64,000 nt of DNA from an uncultured delta proteobacterium (GTDB taxonomy: Bacteria > Desulfobacterota > BSN033 > UBA1163). A model generated the notes under the pieces. That model had not been told where the DNA came from and ran no database searches. It saw only the letters and a program-made list of their open reading frames with translations. Numbering within the stretch: the stretch's first letter is position 1; each line of letters starts with the position of its first letter. Shown here piece by piece: positions 58,524 through 64,000 of the stretch. The translations under genes were made by a program, and so were the position numbers. The stretch is taken from contig CAWHBU010000003.1 in NCBI GenBank assembly GCA_963827685.1, positions 1,174,140 through 1,238,139 of the forward strand. The letters are read 5' to 3'.

Positions 58524-59051
58524 ATGCTCATTGAAAACTACCAATTGAGGATCGTCCTCTCGGATTGTAATCCCTCATCCCAGAAGGTGAATGCGATCGC
58601 TGATCTTTCTGTGGATATCAGTGAGATACTTCCCTATCTCAATACGACCCTTAAAGGACTGCAGTACTTTGAAGAAGAAAAAATCCTAACCGTAAAGAGA
58701 GGAGGGCGACTCATTACCTTTCGGCCCCGACAAATTGCATTGACGAAGCTGGAGGATGAGAGGGAAGCCAGGGTGGTCATGGAAGAACTGAAACAGATTC
58801 TCAATGAAACCTATGCCAATAAAGACCGTATCAAACCAACCGATGCCACCAGACCGGTTTTAAGGCCCCTTGAGGTCTTCAAACTTTTGCCGGGCAAAAA
58901 CTGCAAAGAATGCGGGGAGATGACCTGTATGGCTTTTGCCCTGAAGCTGATTAATGACGAGTTGGAGTTGCAAAAATGTCCATTATTGTTTACAAAAGAG
59001 TTTGAAACAAATCGTCTCAAAATAATGAAAGGAGTTGGCTTAAATGAATAA
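58524..59051 (+). CDS. (Fe-S)-binding protein, tandem paralog
   Basis: LLPGKNCKECGEMTCMAFA...CP; same architecture as the preceding gene. Confidence 0.8.
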   Translation: MLIENYQLRIVLSDCNPSSQKVNAIADLSVDISEILPYLNTTLKGLQYFEEEKILTVKRGGRLITFRPRQIALTKLEDEREARVVMEELKQILNETYANKDRIKPTDATRPVLRPLEVFKLLPGKNCKECGEMTCMAFALKLINDELELQKCPLLFTKEFETNRLKIMKGVGLNE

Positions 59052-59997
59052 CACAGTTGAAGAACAATCCACTGAATCGAAGGGGAAACTGGTGAACCGA
59101 AAAAACATTATTATTGCAGCGATCGCAATGGTGATATTGGCGGGGGCCTTCCTTTTTTACTTTTTCTATCTCCAAAATCCAAGCCGTAAGATTCTGGCTC
59201 GCGTGAATGATGAAAAAATCACATTAGAACAATTCAACAAAGAAATAGCCAAATTGGAACCTCCTTTAATAAGAGATATGTTTCGGGAGGAACCCAATAA
59301 TCTTCTCGAAAGATTGATCGTAAAGACACTCCTTGTACAAGAGGCAAAGAAACAGGGTCTTTCTGCTCCGGTTAAAACCTATAAGGATGCCACAAAGAAT
59401 TCTCTTTCACCTGAGGAATCCATGATCATCGAGTTTATTGGTAAAAAGTTTTCTTCCGCGCCGGAGGTAAAACGCGAGGAGGTTGAGAGATTCTACAAGA
59501 CGTATAAGGATCGCATGGAAGGGAAACCATTAAAAGAGGTGGCTCCGGCGATTGAGCAGTATATCAGGGATGCGAAGCGACAAGAATTACTGGCGCAGTT
59601 TTTAGAGGAGCTTCGGAAGAATGCCAAGGTGAATATCGATCAAGACCAGTTAAAAAAAATTGCAGCCAAACCACCTGAAATGAACACCGAGGATGATCTG
59701 AAGAAGGCTCTCACAAGTGGGAAGCCCGTTTTGGTGGATTTTGGAGCGAATTCTTGCATCCCCTGCCGCCAGATGAGACCTGTTCTTAAGGAAGTCGGCA
59801 CTGCATACTCGGAAAAGGCAAAGGTTCTGGTCATCGATGTTTACAAAAATCAGAATCTTGCTCAAGAGTATAAAGTTCTCATGCTTCCTACTCTGGTCTT
59901 CTTCGACTCAAAGGGGAAAGAAGCCTTCAGAAATGTCGGAATAATGGAAAAAGAAAAGATCGTTGCAAAGTTAAAAGAGATCGGAATGGGCACGTAA
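59044..59997 (+). CDS. Membrane-anchored SurA-N-like + thioredoxin fusion
   Basis: TM helix; LARVNDEKIT; VDFGANSCIPC...PT. Confidence 0.8.
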   Translation: MNNTVEEQSTESKGKLVNRKNIIIAAIAMVILAGAFLFYFFYLQNPSRKILARVNDEKITLEQFNKEIAKLEPPLIRDMFREEPNNLLERLIVKTLLVQEAKKQGLSAPVKTYKDATKNSLSPEESMIIEFIGKKFSSAPEVKREEVERFYKTYKDRMEGKPLKEVAPAIEQYIRDAKRQELLAQFLEELRKNAKVNIDQDQLKKIAAKPPEMNTEDDLKKALTSGKPVLVDFGANSCIPCRQMRPVLKEVGTAYSEKAKVLVIDVYKNQNLAQEYKVLMLPTLVFFDSKGKEAFRNVGIMEKEKIVAKLKEIGMGT

Positions 59998-60000
59998 TAA

Positions 60001-60087
60001 GTTCGGAGTGATGAGTTCGGTGCTCGGAGTAATAATACATAGATAAAAAAATCTTTTAAGAAACTTTGAACTCCAAACTCCGAACTA
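60001..60087. repeat. Heptamer inverted-repeat tract
   Basis: GTTCGGAG...GAGTTCGG...CTCGGAGT versus GAACTCCAAACTCCGAACT. Confidence 0.65.
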
Positions 60088-60103
60088 TATTTATGGCTAA
60101 GGG

Positions 60104-61198
60104 ATGCCTGAAGAACAGATTCCTAAAAGACTTTCTTTCTTGGACCGCTTTCTCACCTTGTGGATTTTCCTTGCGATGTTCATCGGGGTGGGCTGGGGAT
60201 ATATCTTTCCAGGTGTGGTCCACTTCTGGAACCAATTCCAGGTCGATACAACCAATATCCCTATTGCCCTTGGCCTCATTGTGATGATGTATCCGCCCTT
60301 GGCCAAGGTGAAATATGAGGTCCTCGGAGAGGTTTTCCGCAATTACAAAGTGCTTGCCCTTTCTTTAGTCCAGAATTGGATCATCGGACCCATCCTCATG
60401 TTTCTTTTGGCTATCATCTTTCTCTCCGGTCATTTTGAGTACATGGTCGGATTGATCTTAATTGGATTGGCCCGTTGCATTGCCATGGTCATTGTATGGA
60501 ATGATCTGGCCTCAGGAGACCGAGAATACTGTGCCGGCTTGGTGGCCTTTAATTCCATCTTCCAGGTGATTTTCTTCTCCATCTATGCCTACCTCTTCAT
60601 CACGGTCATTCCGCCCTGGCTGGGGCTAAAGGGGATGGCGGTCAAGATCACGATTGGCCAGATTGCAGAGAGTGTTTTTATTTATCTTGGAATCCCTTTT
60701 ATTGCCGGTGTCCTCTCGCGTCTGATTGGTCTAAAAACAAAAGGTCGGAAGTGGTATGAGGAGAAATTCATTCCCAAAATAAGCCCCTTCACTTTAATTG
60801 CTCTTCTCTTCACCATCCTGGTCATGTTCTCCCTCAAGGGTGAGTATATTGTTCAGCTCCCTCTGGATGTGGTACGGATAGCGATTCCTCTGTGCATCTA
60901 TTTCGTCGTCATGTTTTTTGTCTCCTTCTATCTGTCGATGAAGGCAGGCGCCACTTACGAGCAATCCACCACGTTGAGCTTCACCGCCGCATCGAATAAC
61001 TTCGAGCTTGCCATCGCTGTGGCCGTAGCGGTCTTCGGCATCAACTCTGGCCAGGCTTTCGCAGCGGTGATAGGCCCTCTCATGGAAGTCCCTGTTTTAA
61101 TCAGCCTGGTCAACGTGGCTCTCTGGTTTAAAAAGAAATATTTCCCTTATGCTGTGGAAACTCCCACCGGAGTCTGCCACGTGACCTGCGCACCCTGA
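60104..61198 (+). CDS. acr3: ACR3-family arsenite efflux transporter
   Basis: [39 protein letters not shown] and GPLMEVP. Confidence 0.95.
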   Translation: MPEEQIPKRLSFLDRFLTLWIFLAMFIGVGWGYIFPGVVHFWNQFQVDTTNIPIALGLIVMMYPPLAKVKYEVLGEVFRNYKVLALSLVQNWIIGPILMFLLAIIFLSGHFEYMVGLILIGLARCIAMVIVWNDLASGDREYCAGLVAFNSIFQVIFFSIYAYLFITVIPPWLGLKGMAVKITIGQIAESVFIYLGIPFIAGVLSRLIGLKTKGRKWYEEKFIPKISPFTLIALLFTILVMFSLKGEYIVQLPLDVVRIAIPLCIYFVVMFFVSFYLSMKAGATYEQSTTLSFTAASNNFELAIAVAVAVFGINSGQAFAAVIGPLMEVPVLISLVNVALWFKKKYFPYAVETPTGVCHVTCAP

Positions 61199-61302
61199 GG
61201 AAAACAACAAAAAGGACCTACCGTGATAGCCAAAGAGCATTAGAGAGTGAGGCAAAAAGAATGAGGACGAATTGGTAACGCTTTTTCACACGGAGAAGCA
61301 TT

Positions 61303-62010
61303 ATGACTAATCCAAGCAATTTAGATCGGACTTTCCATTTTATTATGGAAAGAATGGTGGAATTTGGGCAGGCGCCGCATTATACGGAGATCGCTTTCGG
61401 TTTGGGAATTCCCGTGGAAGAAGGGCGAAAAGCTCTTCACGACCTTTTTACAGCAGGGATTCCGGGATGGCTTTTTCCAAATACTGACTATATCACCTCT
61501 TTTGCCCCGTTTAACAACCTTCCCACTCAGTACCGAATAACCGTCGAAGGGGAACAGAAATGGTTTGGCCAGTGAGGGTTTGAATCGCTGGCGGTCTGCT
61601 GGCTCTTTCCAGGAAAGACAGTCCAGATCGATGTTCCCTGTCTCGATTGCGGGCTCCCGATTCGGGTGGAAATCCGCGACGGGCAGATCCTTCGAACCGA
61701 GCCCAAAGGTCTGATGGGCTATGTGGCTGTGCCCTTTTGGAAGTGGTTTGAAAACGCTCCCTATGCCTGAAGTACGATGAACCTTTTCCGGTCGGAAGAG
61801 CACATTCGGAATTGGGCCCGTTTTGATCCCGCTACAGCCGATGGAATCATTTCACTTTTGGACTTGGTCAAACTCTTTTCAGGCAACTATTTTCGAAAAC
61901 GCCTGGACCTTGATTGGGTCTCACGTAGTCGAGACTATGCCCGGGAAATGATCACAACGCTTGCGGAGCTTGGAAGGACCGGCCCTTTCTGGAAGCGACC
62001 GAAGCCATAA
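61303..62010 (+). CDS. MerB-like organometal lyase with two in-frame UGA codons (putative Sec91 and Sec156), 235 aa
   Basis: One frame: ...APFNNLPT...KWFGQ-TGA(61573)-GFESLAVCWLFPGKTVQIDVPCLDCG...APYA-TGA(61768)-STMNLFRSEEH; GGTC-loop hairpins after each UGA. Confidence 0.85.
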
Positions 62011-62199
62011 CCTTGAAGGGCTTTCCCTGGTGAAGGCATGGTTCGAGGTTTTCCAGAATGAGGATCACGGCCAGAGTTTTTTAAGGAGATCGGGCGTTAC
62101 TACTTCACCGGTCATTAGTTTAAGTATTTAAGTCTCATCCACAAAAAGTTGACCCTCGTCAAATAAAAAATCATTTTCGGTCAAAAGGAGGAATACCTC

Positions 62200-62988
62200 A
62201 TGAAGGAATGGCAGGAGCTTGGTGAGGAATTAAGGCGCTACATCAACCCTGAGACTTTTCCGGTCGCGATAAAAATATTAAAAGACAAAGGGAAGATTCC
62301 AAGTGGAACTCGAACTCCCCTGAAAGATCTGAAGGCAAAGATGGCGCACTGTCAGGCGCAAGCCATATGCCGAAAGTATGGTTGGACTATTGCCATGACC
62401 AAAGAGGACTTAGGCTGCGCCATTTCTGGGCATAACTACGGATGGGAACTGGCCAACCAAGAAGGGGCAATCGGTTTTCTCACACGAATGAATTACGCCG
62501 CAGACCGCAAAGTGGCTCTCGACATCCTTCAATCCTCCAGAACCTTGCAGCCGGGCCAATGTGACGCAATAGTATATTCTCCTCTGGAGTGGACCAAGAT
62601 CGTACCAGATATAATCCTGATCTACTTGAATCCGGCTCAACTCATGCGCTGTATCCACGGAAGCACCCGGCGAACGGGACAACCCATTACCTCCACTTTT
62701 TCCGGTCGAGCTGCTTCATGTACCGAAGGAGTCCTGGGAGCTTTTCTCGATCAGTCCCCTAAAGTGGTCGTGCCGGGCAACGGGGATCGAGTTTGGGGAA
62801 CGACTCAAGACCATGAAATGGGGTATGCACTTCCTTCATCTCACCTGAAAGATCTTGTAGAAGGACTTGCCAAGACTCACGAAAAGGGGATACGATACCC
62901 CATACCCAGTTTTCTCCGTTATCAACCTGAGGTGGGGCTCTCAATTCCGTTGACGGATATCTTTAAACCTAACCCCTTACCACATTGA
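62200..62988 (+). CDS. DUF169 family protein
   Basis: PVAIK, HCQ, LGC, PDIILIY.NPAQ, ASC and PGNGDR. Confidence 0.82.
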   Translation: MKEWQELGEELRRYINPETFPVAIKILKDKGKIPSGTRTPLKDLKAKMAHCQAQAICRKYGWTIAMTKEDLGCAISGHNYGWELANQEGAIGFLTRMNYAADRKVALDILQSSRTLQPGQCDAIVYSPLEWTKIVPDIILIYLNPAQLMRCIHGSTRRTGQPITSTFSGRAASCTEGVLGAFLDQSPKVVVPGNGDRVWGTTQDHEMGYALPSSHLKDLVEGLAKTHEKGIRYPIPSFLRYQPEVGLSIPLTDIFKPNPLPH

Positions 62989-63016
62989 CAATTCACCTAT
63001 CTAACGATATGTTCTA

Positions 63017-63555
63017 GTAAAGAACCCCGCAGCAGAGCTGCGGGGCATTAAAATTCAAAACTTAATTGCTCCTGTTGCTGATACTTTATATAGCGACGTA
63101 TGACTTCAGAGGTAACTTTGTCTCCAACAGACCGAACAAAATACCCATCACTCCAAAACTCTCCACCCCAAAGCTCTTTCTTCACCTCTGGAAACTGCTT
63201 GAACACCATTTTCGCCGAGATACTCTTTATGATCTGCACAATCTCTGCCGGACAATACCGAGGAGGGGCAGACAAAAATAAATGAACATGATCATCCTTT
63301 ACCTCCATCGTATCTATCTCAAACTCGTACCTCTCCGATATTTGCTCAAAACTCATCTTAAGCCTTTTTGCCAACTCACCTCCCAATATCATCTTCCGAT
63401 ATTTGGGAACCCATACCATATGATATTTCAAATCGTAGACCGCATGGCTTGTTCTTTTTATCGAGCTCATGCAGTACTTATACCATGTCTTATCGCTTCG
63501 CGAACCTGTTTTCATCCGCCCAGCAGAGCTGGGCGGTATTCAACAGGTATTTTTT
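63017..63555 (-). mobile_element. IS200-family element, copy 2
   Basis: Appears identical to 45142-45680 and has the same TTTAT target. Confidence 0.93.
63048..63515 (-). CDS. tnpA: Y1 HUH transposase
   Basis: Translation identical to 45173-45640. Confidence 0.95.
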   Translation of the reverse strand: MKTGSRSDKTWYKYCMSSIKRTSHAVYDLKYHMVWVPKYRKMILGGELAKRLKMSFEQISERYEFEIDTMEVKDDHVHLFLSAPPRYCPAEIVQIIKSISAKMVFKQFPEVKKELWGGEFWSDGYFVRSVGDKVTSEVIRRYIKYQQQEQLSFEF

Positions 63556-63684
63556 ATAAAAAAGGACCCGAGTGGCCAAGGATTCGAGTGGTCGAGTTAA
63601 ATACACTTGAACCCATGAACCCTCGAATCCTTGAACCCCTTTAAAAGACTTTTGGATTGTATATTTAGATCAAGGAGGTGAATT

Positions 63685-64000
63685 ATGGAACTGAAGACGG
63701 AGCGCTTGGAGATTCCGGAAGGATGTAACATCATCTTTGGTCAGACCCATTTCATCAAGACAGTCGAAGACCTTTACGAGATCATGGTGGGATCCGTTCC
63801 AGGTGCCAAATTTGGAATCGGATTCTGTGAGGCCTCTGGCGCCTGCCTCGTTCGGCTTGAGGGAAACGATGCGACATTGAAAGAGGTTGCCAAGAAAAAT
63901 GCCCTGAAGATCGGGGCAGGCCACACCTTCGTCGTGGTCTTAAAAGATGCCTTCCCGATCAATGTGCTCAATGCAGTGAAGATGTGTCAGGAGGTCTGTA
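63685..64000 (+). CDS. Adenosine-specific kinase family (DUF355), 3' truncated by the window
   Basis: MELKTERLEIPEGCNIIFGQTHFIKTVEDLYE...FCEASG...GAGH...PINVLN; RBS AGGAGGTG. Confidence 0.85.
   Translation, partial: MELKTERLEIPEGCNIIFGQTHFIKTVEDLYEIMVGSVPGAKFGIGFCEASGACLVRLEGNDATLKEVAKKNALKIGAGHTFVVVLKDAFPINVLNAVKMCQEVC

Noticed and set aside
57955-59051. hgcA/hgcB mercury methylation genes
   Set aside because: No N(V/I)WCA(A/G)GK cap-helix motif and no TM domain; only a small Fe-S domain is present.
61196-61245. Sec read-through of the acr3 TGA
   Set aside because: The protein is already full length and no SECIS-like hairpin follows.
61321-61803. 160-aa minus-strand ORF
   Set aside because: Antisense shadow of the MerB-like gene.
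1-64000. tRNA/rRNA genes
   Set aside because: None recognised by eye; a covariance search would be needed to exclude them.

Overview
Bacterial window (mostly moderate GC) whose gene content resembles anaerobic Desulfobacterota/Deltaproteobacteria; the taxonomy is inferred. (1) 1-10.3 kb is an integron-type cassette array with no integrase in the window. It carries defence-like cargo (PIN, HEPN-like, FRG, TIR/SEFIR, GNAT), and its attC sites are repeatedly invaded by a modular ~97-bp inverted-repeat element. (2) 10.5-20 kb holds two TA pairs, a polyamine operon with a collapsed speE, a sigma-70 paralog, a ferredoxin and a patatin. (3) 20-29 kb is a decaying region of duplicated lipoprotein/secreted genes, IS3 remnants and a chimeric radical SAM ORF. 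(4) 29-43 kb holds a GC-rich CzcCBA-type RND system with a two-component pair, an Mla/Ttg2 ABC system and fabH. (5) 43-49 kb is a restriction/modification island broken by an IS200 insertion and a nonsense codon, plus a TcmP/DUF5131 pair. (6) 49-54 kb is a LexA-controlled PolB2-type damage cassette. (7) 54-63 kb is a cysE/iscU/thioredoxin/Acr3 cluster containing a hidden MerB-like gene with two in-frame UGA codons at the catalytic Cys positions, a probable double selenoprotein. The top candidates for novelty are this selenoenzyme and its arsenic cluster, and the attC-invading element. All assignments come from reading motifs by eye; no database searches were run.
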